The notes under the pieces were generated by a model that worked only from the letters and a program-made list of their open reading frames with translations, searched no databases and had not been told where the DNA came from. Shown here piece by piece: positions 17,592 to 26,629 of a DNA stretch of 64,000 bases (the stretch's first letter is position 1; every line of letters starts with the position of its first letter). The position numbers and the translations under genes are program-made. Source of the DNA: an uncultured bacterium (GTDB taxonomy: Bacteria > Actinomycetota > Acidimicrobiia > Spongiisociales > UBA5794); assembly GCA_963801165.1 (NCBI GenBank), contig CAWDDT010000001.1, forward strand, positions 1,917 to 65,916, given 5' to 3'.

Positions 17592-17611
17592 CCCATCGAT
17601 CCCGGGCCGGC

Positions 17612-17639
17612 GTCACCCTGGCAAAACTGCGAGGGTGAC
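17612..17639. promoter_or_regulatory. Perfect 8-bp inverted repeat GTCACCCT-N12-AGGGTGAC in the fumarase upstream region
   Basis: Read directly from the sequence, 71 nt upstream of the fumA ATG (17710). Function unknown (operator or 5'-UTR hairpin). Confidence 0.3.
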
Positions 17640-17709
17640 TCGCTCGGATCGGGCAGCCCCGTGCGCCGCCGTTCTCGTAGGATGGGTGGTAGCTGTTTCG
17701 AGGAGCGCT

Positions 17710-19329
17710 ATGCCTGACTTTCATTACGAGCCGATGTTCCAGCTGGGTGCCGACGAGACCGAGTACCGCCCACTCGACGCCGAAGGATTGGTCGACAAGA
17801 CGGGTGTGGGAGACCGGGAGGTCCTGGTGATCGATCCGCGGGCGCTCCGGCTGCTTGCGGCGGAGGCGGTGCGCGACGTGTCGCACCTTTTCCGGGCGAG
17901 CCACCTGGCGCAGCTGCGGGCGATCCTTGACGATCCCGAAGCGTCCGACAATGACCGGTTCGTTGCTCTCGAGATGCTGAAGAACGCCAACGTCGCCTCG
18001 GCGATGGTGCTTCCTTCGTGCCAGGACACCGGTACGGCGATCGTGCACGGCCACAAGGGTGAGAACGTGTACACGGGTGCCGACGATGCCGAGTGGCTGT
18101 CGCACGGCGTATTCGACACCTACACGGGCACCAACCTGCGCTATTCGCAGATGGCGCCGCTGTCGATGTTCGAGGAGCGCAACACGGGATCGAACCTGCC
18201 TGCACAGATCGAGATCGAGTCGGTGCCCGGCGACGAGTACGAATTTCAGTTCGTCACCAAGGGCGGGGGATCGGCCAACAAGACGTTCCTGTTCCAGAAG
18301 ACCAAAGCGGTACTCAACCCGGAGGCGCTGACCGCGTTCGTCGACGAGGCGATCCGCTCGCTCGGTACGGCGGCGTGCCCTCCCTACCACCTGGCCTTCG
18401 TCGTCGGGGGGACTTCGGCGGAGCTGACGTTGAAGACGGTGAAGCTGGCCAGCACGAAGTACTACGACACGCTGCCCACGACCGGCAACGAGCACGGCCG
18501 GGCCTTTCGTGATCTCGAATGGGAGGAGCGGATCCACGAGTTGACCCGGCTGACCGGAATCGGCGCCCAATTCGGCGGCAAGTACTTCTGCCACGACGTC
18601 CGGGTGATCAGACTCCCACGCCACGGCGCTTCGTGTCCGGTCGGTATCGGCGTCTCCTGCTCTGCCGACCGTCAGATCAAGGCCAAGATCACCCGCCAGG
18701 GGGTCTTCCTCGAAGCTCTCGAGCGCGACCCCGCCCGTTTCCTGCCCGATCCCGACGCCGTTGCCGAGCCGACGCCGGCCGTGCGGGTCGATCTCAACCA
18801 GCCCATGAGCGGCATCCGGGCCGAGCTGACCAAGCACCCGGTCGGGACCCGGCTGGCGCTGACCGGCACGATCGTCGTCGCCCGCGACATCGCCCACGCC
18901 AAGATCGCCGAGCGTCTCGACGCCGGTGAGGGCATGCCGCAGTACCTGCAAGACCACATCGTCTACTACGCCGGACCGGCCAAGACCCCCGAAGGCTACG
19001 CATCGGGGTCGTTCGGGCCGACGACCGCGGGGCGGATGGATCCGTACGTCGATCGGTTCCAGAGCGAGGGAGGCAGCCTCGTGATGCTGGCGAAGGGCAA
19101 CCGCTCCAAACAGGTCACCGACGCGTGTGCGGCGCACGGCGGTTTCTACCTAGGGTCCATTGGTGGGCCGGCGGCGATTCTCGCCAAAGAGCGCATACGC
19201 TCCGTCGAGGTCCTCGAGTACCCCGAGCTGGGGATGGAGGCCGTGTGGCGCATCGAGGTCGAGGACTTCCCGGCATTCATCGTTGTCGACGACAAAGGCA
19301 ACGACTTTTACGCCAAGTTCATGAAGTAG
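17710..19329 (+). CDS. fumA: Class I (Fe-S dependent) fumarate hydratase
   Basis: [13 protein letters not shown]...[11 protein letters not shown]...[11 protein letters not shown]...[25 protein letters not shown]...GKGNRS. This is the fused alpha/beta class I fumarase layout, about 540 aa. Start at the internal ATG 17710. Confidence 0.9.
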   Translation: MPDFHYEPMFQLGADETEYRPLDAEGLVDKTGVGDREVLVIDPRALRLLAAEAVRDVSHLFRASHLAQLRAILDDPEASDNDRFVALEMLKNANVASAMVLPSCQDTGTAIVHGHKGENVYTGADDAEWLSHGVFDTYTGTNLRYSQMAPLSMFEERNTGSNLPAQIEIESVPGDEYEFQFVTKGGGSANKTFLFQKTKAVLNPEALTAFVDEAIRSLGTAACPPYHLAFVVGGTSAELTLKTVKLASTKYYDTLPTTGNEHGRAFRDLEWEERIHELTRLTGIGAQFGGKYFCHDVRVIRLPRHGASCPVGIGVSCSADRQIKAKITRQGVFLEALERDPARFLPDPDAVAEPTPAVRVDLNQPMSGIRAELTKHPVGTRLALTGTIVVARDIAHAKIAERLDAGEGMPQYLQDHIVYYAGPAKTPEGYASGSFGPTTAGRMDPYVDRFQSEGGSLVMLAKGNRSKQVTDACAAHGGFYLGSIGGPAAILAKERIRSVEVLEYPELGMEAVWRIEVEDFPAFIVVDDKGNDFYAKFMK

Positions 19330-19349
19330 CACCGCCATGCAGGGCGCGC

Positions 19350-20318
19350 TCAGAGGTCCCGCCGGGCGTCCCACGATTCGCTGACCCGCCGGCCAGTCAC
19401 TGGGTCGTGCACAACGACGATGAGCCGATGGTCGTGGTAGGGGACTTCGACGCTCACGCCGGCCGGACCGTCCGGCACGCGAATGTGGGCGACACCCACG
19501 CCGCCGACCAGCCACATTCCTCCGCCCTCGACGCTGATTCCCGAGGCGCCGCGGGTCTCACCCACATTGGCCAACTGGTCCGCGCCATTTCCAGCTTCCC
19601 GGTTCCGGCTTGCCCTAGCGGGTGTGGTGGGGGAGGACGACCTCGGCCGCCACCTGCTCGATGGCCGGGAAGAGAAAGCGGATGACACCAACGGCGAGAG
19701 CGTCCCCACCAACTCGGCGGTGACAAAGCCGGGCACCGATGAGGGTTGTATGCCGGTGAAGGTATCGGAGAACATCCGGGCGACGGTTACGGCCGGGTTG
19801 GCGAAGCTTGTCGACGAGGTGAAGTAATAGGCGCCTGCTATGTAGCCACCGACGGCGAAGGCGACCACGGGTCCCCGCCCAGCCCGGACCAGGCCGAAGA
19901 TCACCAGAAGCAGGCCTAGGGTGGCCACCGCCTCGGCCAGCCACAGGTTGGCGCCCGATCGCGCCGTGGTCGACCAGGCAACGGCGGGCAGGTCGAACAT
20001 GAGGTTGGCGACCACGACGCCCGTGATCCCTCCCGCGACCTGAGCGCCGATGTAGCCGGCGGCCTCTCCGCCCGGCAAGCCGCCGAAGGCGCGATCGGCG
20101 AGCGTTACCGCCGGGTTGAGATGCGCCCCCGACACCCAGCCCAGGGCGAGGATGATCGCGGTGAGTGCACCGGCAGTCGCCAGCGCGTTCTGGAGGAGCT
20201 GGAGGCCCGGGTCGACAGACAGGTTCTCGGCCGTGATGCCGGAACCGACTACGGCGGCGAGGAGGAAGGCGGTTCCGATGAACTCGGCCGCCATCCGTCG
20301 GGCAAGGCCCTGGTTCAC
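19350..20318 (-). CDS. MIP/aquaporin-family channel (ars-associated), apparently frameshifted near 19704-19707; the corrected product would end at 19615
   Basis: Two NPA boxes (HLNPAVTLA, FANPAVTVA). After ...SVPGFVTAELVG the frame becomes low-complexity (SSRPSSRWRPRSSS). The adjacent frame continues with a canonical aquaporin C-terminus, DALAVGVIRFLFPAIEQ...* (track ORF 19615-19944). Confidence 0.75.
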   Translation of the reverse strand: MNQGLARRMAAEFIGTAFLLAAVVGSGITAENLSVDPGLQLLQNALATAGALTAIILALGWVSGAHLNPAVTLADRAFGGLPGGEAAGYIGAQVAGGITGVVVANLMFDLPAVAWSTTARSGANLWLAEAVATLGLLLVIFGLVRAGRGPVVAFAVGGYIAGAYYFTSSTSFANPAVTVARMFSDTFTGIQPSSVPGFVTAELVGTLSPLVSSAFSSRPSSRWRPRSSSPTTPARASRNREAGNGADQLANVGETRGASGISVEGGGMWLVGGVGVAHIRVPDGPAGVSVEVPYHDHRLIVVVHDPVTGRRVSESWDARRDL

Positions 20319-20965
20319 GTGCGGGCGGGGACGTCGAGCTCAGCCATCAGGATGCGCACCCTGGAGCGGATCTCGTCGCGGACCTCACGCACCACCTCGA
20401 TTGGCTGGCCCGCCGGATCGGTGAGCTCCCAATCCTCGTACCGCTTGCCGGGGAACACCGGGCAGGCATCGCCGCACCCCATCGTGATCACCACATCGGC
20501 GGCTCGCACAACCTCATCGGTCCAGGGACGGGGGAACTCGGAGGCGATGTCGATGCCCACCTCGGCCATGGCGGCCACGGCAGTCTGGTTGACCTCAGAC
20601 CCGGGCTCGGATCCTCCCGAGAACACGTCTACGCTCTCGCCCGCCAGGTGGCGGAGCCACCCGGATGCCATCTGGGAGCGGCCGGCGTTGTGCACGCACA
20701 AGAAGAGCACGGCGGGCTTCTCGACGGTGACGAGACCCTCGACACGGGCCAGAGCGCGCAGCCGGTCGCGGGCAAAGCGCTCGATCAGCATCGGCAGCCA
20801 GGTATTCACCCGGGCCCGACCCTCGAGATCATGCTGAGACTCGCTCATGAACCGCTCGATGGTCTCCACCGAGAACGTGCCGGCAAACTCGCTCTTCAGC
20901 CGCTCCGCGGCCTGCGCCACCATCATTCGTTGCTCAACGGTCATCGCAGATGCCTGCTCGTTCAT
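20315..20965 (-). CDS. arsC: Arsenate reductase, low-molecular-weight phosphatase type, with an N-terminal helical extension
   Basis: VLFLCVHNAGRSQMA (CX5R P-loop)...ITMGCGDACP...DPAG. It carries an ~85-aa N-terminal extension. Stop and start overlap the neighbouring genes. Confidence 0.85.
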   Translation of the reverse strand: MNEQASAMTVEQRMMVAQAAERLKSEFAGTFSVETIERFMSESQHDLEGRARVNTWLPMLIERFARDRLRALARVEGLVTVEKPAVLFLCVHNAGRSQMASGWLRHLAGESVDVFSGGSEPGSEVNQTAVAAMAEVGIDIASEFPRPWTDEVVRAADVVITMGCGDACPVFPGKRYEDWELTDPAGQPIEVVREVRDEIRSRVRILMAELDVPART

Positions 20966-21618
20966 TGCTCCGCCTCTCTGTTCAGCGTGCGGATCCGATC
21001 ACGGATCCTCTTGAGTGTCATGTCGAAAGTCTCCGCAGTGGGCTCGGCGACCGGGTCGGGGGTAGACCAGTGCCACCAGCGATCGCCGGGCGTGAGCTCC
21101 TCGTGGGCTCGATCGCAGACCGTGACCACCCACGCCGGCTCGATGCCGATCTCGTCGAGAGACCGGGGGACCGCCGAGCTCAGATCCAGCCCGGAGCGGG
21201 ATGCAGCCACGACCGCGCCCGGGTGTACCCGGTCTGCGGGATGTGTCCCTGCGCTCATCGCCGGTGCCCCTGTCTCCTGCTCCCACACCACGGCCGCCAG
21301 CTGCGAACGCGCCGAGTTGTGGGTACAGACGAACAGGACCGGTCCTTGCGGCAGGGTGGCGCCGACACCAATCTCGCGCAATGACTCGTGACGCAATCGC
21401 ACGTAGCGACGGCGTCGGTCACCCGAGGAGGTGACCCGCTCGATGAGCGAGGCCGCCTCGAGCACATCGAGATGATGCGCCAGCAGATTCGAAGGCAAGT
21501 GGTGGTGTTGTGACAGCTCCTGGGGCGACCGGTCGGATGCGACGAGGTCATCAATGATCGACAGCCGCACCGGATCCCCGAGCGCCGAATGGCGTTTGGC
21601 ACGTTCAGCTACATCCAT
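20962..21618 (-). CDS. ArsR-type HTH regulator fused to an LMW-phosphatase-type ArsC domain
   Basis: HSALGDPVRLSIIDDLVASDRSPQELSQHHHLPSNLLAHHLDVLEAASLIERV (ArsR/SmtB wHTH) followed by VLFVCTHNSARSQLAA (CX5R). Start set at the internal ATG 21618. Confidence 0.8.
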   Translation of the reverse strand: MDVAERAKRHSALGDPVRLSIIDDLVASDRSPQELSQHHHLPSNLLAHHLDVLEAASLIERVTSSGDRRRRYVRLRHESLREIGVGATLPQGPVLFVCTHNSARSQLAAVVWEQETGAPAMSAGTHPADRVHPGAVVAASRSGLDLSSAVPRSLDEIGIEPAWVVTVCDRAHEELTPGDRWWHWSTPDPVAEPTAETFDMTLKRIRDRIRTLNREAEQ

Positions 21619-21631
21619 GCTCGGGACCCTA

Positions 21632-21668
21632 TCTCTCAAGAAATAATGAGTCAAGAGATTTTGAGAGA
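21632..21668. promoter_or_regulatory. AT-rich inverted repeat TCTCTCAA-N21-TTGAGAGA in the ars / membrane-protein divergent promoter region (candidate ArsR operator)
   Basis: Perfect 8-bp arms read from the sequence. It lies in the only markedly AT-rich stretch here, 14 nt upstream of the ArsR-ArsC start. Confidence 0.4.
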
Positions 21669-21768
21669 ATTGAATCGGATCCCTGGGCCGGGAGGCCTGA
21701 GTTAGTGACAAACGGCTCTATCAAGTGCGTGTCGCCGGGTGGATGTTCGCGGTGAAAAGGAGGGCCGA

Positions 21769-22266
21769 ATGTCAACGCCCACAACGGTCAATGAGGAGTT
21801 CGGTCACACCTCCCAAAGAAGGCACCCGGGGAGTGTGCTCGCGCTGCTTGTGTTGCTCGGCCTGCTCGCCGCCGGGGCGATCCAGGGCGGGATCGCTTTG
21901 GTCCGTGATCCGCTGACTCCGCTCGGGATGACCACCGAGTTTCTGGCGAAGGCCCCGATCGACGATTACACCTTGCCGGGCTGGTTCCTGCTCGGTATCG
22001 CCGCGGCGTCACTTATCACGCTCGCCGGCCTGATGCTCCCCTGGCGCTGGCGCTGGGCTGCGAGAATCGAGCGCGTTGTCGGTCATCGGTGGCCCTGGTT
22101 GGGCGCCGTTGCCACCGGAGGCGTGCTGTTGACGTTCGAGATCATCGAGCTTTTTGTCGTACCGTTCCAGCCGATCATGCATCCATTGCTGATCGCAATC
22201 GCACTCGCACTGGTGGTGCTTCCGCTCACGCCATCAGCTAGCGCACGTCTTCGAATCGATGGCTGA
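21769..22266 (+). CDS. Hypothetical membrane protein (about 4 TM)
   Basis: ATG 21769 is preceded by AGGAGG at 21758-21763. Hydrophobic segments include VLALLVLLGLLAAGAIQGGIAL, WFLLGIAAASLITLAGLML, LGAVATGGVLLTFEII and LLIAIALALVVLPL. Confidence 0.6.
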   Translation: MSTPTTVNEEFGHTSQRRHPGSVLALLVLLGLLAAGAIQGGIALVRDPLTPLGMTTEFLAKAPIDDYTLPGWFLLGIAAASLITLAGLMLPWRWRWAARIERVVGHRWPWLGAVATGGVLLTFEIIELFVVPFQPIMHPLLIAIALALVVLPLTPSASARLRIDG

Positions 22267-22395
22267 GCACGAGGAAACGCGGGCGCAACAGCTGAGATTG
22301 CGGACAGGTTTCCTCCGCAGCCAATGACATAATCACACCCATGGAATGGGTTTGTACGCGTGCTGCGGTGGCACGAGACCTGAGATCGGGGCGCA

Positions 22396-23016
22396 ATGCA
22401 TGACGAGCCGGTGACCATCGACGCTCCGGTGAGGGTGGTCCCCGCCAACGAGGCGACGTGGGAGGACATCCAGACCGTCTTCGGGGTGCGCGGCTATGCG
22501 GCGCGTTGCCAATGCCAGTACTTCAAGACGCCCAACAAGGACTTTCGATCGGCCTCCGTGGCGGAACGGGCCTTCCGGCTCCGGCAGCAGACAGATTGCG
22601 GATACCCGGACTCAGACACAACGAGCGGTCTGGTTGGCTATCGGGGAGCGGAGCCGGTTGGCTGGTGCGCCGTCGAGCCGCGGTCCGCCTATCCGCGGTT
22701 GAAATACGCACGGGTCCCATGGTCCGGTCGTGAGGAAGACAAAGATGACGTCTCGGTCTGGGCAGTCACGTGCTTCATGGTGCGGGTCGGGTTCCGTCGC
22801 CAGGGCATCAGCCGCGCCCTGGCTCGGGCCACGGTTGACTTCGCCCGGGAACGAGGTGCCCGGTCGCTCGAGGCGTACCCGATGATCGTCCATCCCGGGG
22901 AAGAGCTGACCTGGGGCGAGCTCTTTGTGGGAAGCCGCAGCATCTTCGGCGATGCGGGTTTCACCGAGGTCACCAAACCGACGGACCGCCGGGTCGTGAT
23001 GCGGATCGACTTCTGA
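22396..23016 (+). CDS. GNAT-family N-acetyltransferase
   Basis: 206 aa. The VRVGFRRQGISRALARATVDFARERGARSLEAYP segment matches the acetyl-CoA-binding motif A (R/Q-x-x-G-x-G/A). Confidence 0.75.
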   Translation: MHDEPVTIDAPVRVVPANEATWEDIQTVFGVRGYAARCQCQYFKTPNKDFRSASVAERAFRLRQQTDCGYPDSDTTSGLVGYRGAEPVGWCAVEPRSAYPRLKYARVPWSGREEDKDDVSVWAVTCFMVRVGFRRQGISRALARATVDFARERGARSLEAYPMIVHPGEELTWGELFVGSRSIFGDAGFTEVTKPTDRRVVMRIDF

Positions 23017-23064
23017 TTGGCCGACAACGTGGGCGCCGCCAGGGTGGCACCCACGTACTTTTCG

Positions 23065-24180
23065 CTACTCGCTCGTCGAGAAGCGGTAGATCGTTGTCGT
23101 CTTGTATACGTCACCCTGCCGGAGCACGGTCGAGGGGAACGTGGGCTGGTTGGGCGAGTCGGGATAGTGCTGTGTTTCGAGCGCTAACCCGTCACCCTGC
23201 CGGTACGTGTGCCCGCTGGTCCCAATGCGCGTGCCGTCGAGGGAGTTCCCGGCGTAGAACTGGATGCCGGGCTCCGTTGTCAGCACAGTGAGCACCCGCC
23301 CCGAGGCGGGGTCCTTCACCTGTGCCGCCATCTCGAGGTGCGTGTACGTATCGTCGTTGCGATCCAGTACCCAGTTGTGGTCATAGCCGTGGCTGAACAC
23401 CAGCTGCTCGAACGAGCCGTCGCGGTTGCGGTCTCCGATGGCTGTGAAGTGCCGGAAATCCATTGGAGTTCGCGCGACCGGATCGATGCTCCCCGTCGGG
23501 ATCTGTGTTGTGTCGACAGGCGTGTAGCTGTCGCCGTTGATCTTGAGTAGGTGGTTATCGATCGTCCCGGTGCCTTCGCCGCCGAGATTCCAGTACGCGT
23601 GGTTGGTGAGGTTCACGACCGTCGGCTTGTTGGTCATGGCCTCGTAGTCGATGCGGATGTCGTGGCTGGTCAACGTATAGGTCACCCCGGTGGTCAGCTC
23701 GCCGGGATAGCCCTGGTCACCGTCGGGGCTGACGTAGGCCAGGTGCAGCCCCACCGAATCCCCTGTTTGGAACGGTTCCGCCACCCAGATCTGCTTGTCG
23801 AAACCCTTGTCACCACCATGCAGGCTGTTTGGGGGATTGTTGATGGGCAACGTGTACACAACTCCGTCGACCGTGAACACGCCGAGTGCGATCCGGTTGG
23901 CATACCTTCCGGCGATGCAACCGAAGTACGGGCTCATGCCGACGTAGTCCTGCAAGTTGTCAAACCCGAGGGCGACGTTGGCAGCATTGCCCCAACGGTC
24001 GGGGACCTCGATTGTCTGCAAGATCCCTCCATAGGTCAGGATCTGGATCCGCAGATCACCGTTGGTCAGCGTATATCGGTCGACCGTGTGGCCGTCGACG
24101 ACCCCGAACGGCTCACTCGCGATGCTCGGTCTCATGTCGGGCCTCCCCGCGTCGGCGCTCACCGCACCCGTCATCACCAC
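23065..24180 (-). CDS. galM: Aldose 1-epimerase (galactose mutarotase)
   Basis: LTNGDLRIQILTYGGIL...GRYANRIA...NNPPNSLHGG..GF...TNHAYWNL...FSHGYDHNW...PGIQFYAGN...ALETQHYPDSPN are mutarotase family motifs. Start uncertain; see finding. Confidence 0.85.
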   Translation of the reverse strand: MVMTGAVSADAGRPDMRPSIASEPFGVVDGHTVDRYTLTNGDLRIQILTYGGILQTIEVPDRWGNAANVALGFDNLQDYVGMSPYFGCIAGRYANRIALGVFTVDGVVYTLPINNPPNSLHGGDKGFDKQIWVAEPFQTGDSVGLHLAYVSPDGDQGYPGELTTGVTYTLTSHDIRIDYEAMTNKPTVVNLTNHAYWNLGGEGTGTIDNHLLKINGDSYTPVDTTQIPTGSIDPVARTPMDFRHFTAIGDRNRDGSFEQLVFSHGYDHNWVLDRNDDTYTHLEMAAQVKDPASGRVLTVLTTEPGIQFYAGNSLDGTRIGTSGHTYRQGDGLALETQHYPDSPNQPTFPSTVLRQGDVYKTTTIYRFSTSE

Positions 24181-24252
24181 GGCAATGACCGATGCGACGA
24201 TCAGTACGTGCCACAGACTAGATCTACGATCGCTGTGGCCTCGAAAGCGCGG

Positions 24253-25773
24253 CTATCTCTCGAGGTAGCCGTCGCGGATCACCCGGCGCAACGTCTTGCC
24301 GGCGACACTGAGCGGGAACTGCTCCAGCACCACGATCTCGCGGATCTTCTGGAAGCGAGCGTTGACCCGCTCGTTCGCCCAGTCCCGGATCGCCTCCGCC
24401 GAGGCCGGCGAGGCGGGATCGAGCCGCACCGCCGCGACGGGCGCCTCACCCCAGCGATCGTCCGGAACGCCGAACACGGCGACGTCGGTGACTGCGGGGT
24501 GTTGGATGACAACCTCCTCGATGTCGCGCGGGTACACGTTGACACCGCCGGAAATGATCAGATCCTTCTTGCGGTCGACGAGGAACAGGAAACCGTCGTC
24601 GTCGACGTAGCCCAGGTCGCCGCTGTACAGCCAGCCATCATTGATGGCTTTGGCGGTGAGGTCGGGTCGCTTGTAGTAGCCGGGCATGGTGACCGGTCCC
24701 CGGCCGACGATCTCACCGACCTCACCGGGCGGCAGATCCTTGCCGTCGTTGTCGACGATGCGCATCTCGTAGAGCGGTGGGGGAATCCCGACTGAACCAG
24801 GCTTCCTGGGGAAGTCGTCCCGATCGAGGATGGTGATGAAACCCTCGGTCAGCCCGTACAGCTCGTAGAAACGGTGGGGGAGTCTGCGGTCTAGCTCCTC
24901 CTTGTGCTCGAGATGCAGCGGGGCGCCGACCGAGCAGATCATTTCGAGATCTGGCAGATAGGTCTCGTGGAAATCGGGCTCGGCGAGCAGGGCGATGATC
25001 TGCGACGGCACCGTCATGATGTGAGTGACCTTCTCCTCCGCCATGAGGTCGATCATCTTGCCGGCGTCGAACGACGGCATCAGCACATAGGTGCAGCCGA
25101 CATAGAAGGCCGGCATCAATGTCAGGAAGGCTCCGTTGAAGACGAGCGACCCGGAGTGCAGGATCACGCTCTCGGGCTTGATCCGGTACGAGGCGGTGAA
25201 ACCCGTGCAATAGGCCATGCGGATGTAGTGGTCGTGGACGATGCCCTTCGGCTCGCCGGTCGTGCCCGAGCTATAGATGATGTTGTAGGGGTCCTCGTCA
25301 CGGATCTCGACCGGAGGCGGCTCGTCCGGCGAGGCAGCCGCCGTCAGGGCGTGATAGTCGCGGTAGCCCGGGGTACCGGGGGCATCGGTGACGATGAACC
25401 GATCGTCGGGGACATCGAGACGGTCACGCACCGCATCGAAGTGGGCGATCATCTTGCGCATAGTCACCACCGCGGTGGCGTCGGCGTCGTTGACCAGCGT
25501 CACCAGCCCGTCGCCGCGCAACAGCGGGCTCAGGGGGACGACGACCATACCGGTCTTGGCCACAGCCTGGTAGATCTCCAGCAATTCGAGCGAGTTGTCC
25601 AACACAACGGCGATCTTGTCGTCCTTGCCGAGACCGAGCCCGAGCAACGCGTTTGCCAGTCGGTTCACCCCTGCGTTGAACTCGAGATGGGTGAGCCTCC
25701 GGCCCTCGAAAATCACTGCCGTGTGGTGGGTGCGGTACCGGGCGTGGCGAGCGGCGAGTGTATTTATTGGCAT
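24253..25773 (-). CDS. AMP-dependent acyl-CoA synthetase/ligase (ANL superfamily)
   Basis: [13 protein letters not shown] (A3 motif), [45 protein letters not shown]. Confidence 0.9.
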   Translation of the reverse strand: MPINTLAARHARYRTHHTAVIFEGRRLTHLEFNAGVNRLANALLGLGLGKDDKIAVVLDNSLELLEIYQAVAKTGMVVVPLSPLLRGDGLVTLVNDADATAVVTMRKMIAHFDAVRDRLDVPDDRFIVTDAPGTPGYRDYHALTAAASPDEPPPVEIRDEDPYNIIYSSGTTGEPKGIVHDHYIRMAYCTGFTASYRIKPESVILHSGSLVFNGAFLTLMPAFYVGCTYVLMPSFDAGKMIDLMAEEKVTHIMTVPSQIIALLAEPDFHETYLPDLEMICSVGAPLHLEHKEELDRRLPHRFYELYGLTEGFITILDRDDFPRKPGSVGIPPPLYEMRIVDNDGKDLPPGEVGEIVGRGPVTMPGYYKRPDLTAKAINDGWLYSGDLGYVDDDGFLFLVDRKKDLIISGGVNVYPRDIEEVVIQHPAVTDVAVFGVPDDRWGEAPVAAVRLDPASPASAEAIRDWANERVNARFQKIREIVVLEQFPLSVAGKTLRRVIRDGYLER

Positions 25774-25835
25774 CGTCCATTCCTCCTTCAGGTCACCGGT
25801 TTGTACGTCTTGCTCGGGAGTTCCATGATGGGCAG

Positions 25836-26621
25836 ATGCAGGAGACCAGCTTCACAACCGTTCTCACGCAGGCGCAATTCGACGAGTACGCCAGGCTCTC
25901 CGGCGACGACAACCCGATCCACGTTGACCCCGGTTTTGCAACAGGTACGAGGTTCGGCCGTACGGTCGCACACGGGATGTTCCTGTTCGGGATGTTGCAG
26001 GCGGCCCACGCCCGTTACCGCAGCGGTCCCGTCTCGCCGACCGGTGTGGAGCTCATGTTCCGGGCGCCGACCTACACCGACGATCCCGTTTCGTTCACCA
26101 TCGCTCCTGTTGAGCCGGGTCGGTTCGAGGAGACGGTCCGGTCGAGCAACGGGGAGGTGACGGTGAGCGGGTCCTCCCGGTTCGGTGCTCGCAACGACGC
26201 ACCATCCGATCAACCCGTGCTCGAGGAGTCGGCCGGATACAAAGGTCTCGAGGTGGGGATGAGCGCCACAAGGAGCAGGGCGTTCACGATTGACGATGTC
26301 GCCGCCTACCTGCGTCTCGTGGACGACCCCAACCCCCGGTTCTCCGGGCCGGAACCTGAGCTGCCGCCTGCACTGCTGGCCGGAACCGTGTCCTGCATCC
26401 TCGGGGTCGATCTGCCGGGACGGGGAACCAATTGGCTCAAACAGCAATACGCTTTTCACCGCTCTGTGATCGTGCCCGTCGAAGTGACTACCACCGTGAC
26501 GGTCACCAGGATCCGCTCCGACAAAGGGCTTATCAACCTCGAATCGAGCACCACCGGCGCTGGCGGCGTTCTCGTATCCGGCAAGACCCTCGTTCTCGCG
26601 GTCGACACGGATCCCCGGTAG
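25836..26621 (+). CDS. MaoC-like (R)-specific enoyl-CoA hydratase, double hot-dog
   Basis: FDEYARLSGDDNPIHVDPGFATGTRFGRTVAHGM, plus a second, degenerate repeat (VAAYLRLVDDPNPRF). Start at the internal ATG 25836. Confidence 0.75.
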   Translation: MQETSFTTVLTQAQFDEYARLSGDDNPIHVDPGFATGTRFGRTVAHGMFLFGMLQAAHARYRSGPVSPTGVELMFRAPTYTDDPVSFTIAPVEPGRFEETVRSSNGEVTVSGSSRFGARNDAPSDQPVLEESAGYKGLEVGMSATRSRAFTIDDVAAYLRLVDDPNPRFSGPEPELPPALLAGTVSCILGVDLPGRGTNWLKQQYAFHRSVIVPVEVTTTVTVTRIRSDKGLINLESSTTGAGGVLVSGKTLVLAVDTDPR

Positions 26622-26629
26622 CCGCAACC

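Noticed and set aside
17581-19137. 518-aa ORF on the minus strand, antisense to the fumarase gene
   Set aside because: The translation is Arg/Gly/Pro/Val-rich with no motifs and lies entirely opposite a strongly supported class I fumarase. This is a typical shadow ORF of GC-rich DNA.
19350-19517. Possible separate 55-codon gene (MWLVGGVGVAHIRVPDGPAGVSVEVPYHDHRLIVVVHDPVTGRRVSESWDARRDL) in the tail of the extended aquaporin frame; I considered resemblance to small actinobacterial DUF1918-type proteins
   Set aside because: The motif match was not convincing on inspection, there is no clear RBS, and it is too short to support. It is mentioned only because 19350-19614 becomes unassigned if the aquaporin frameshift is corrected.
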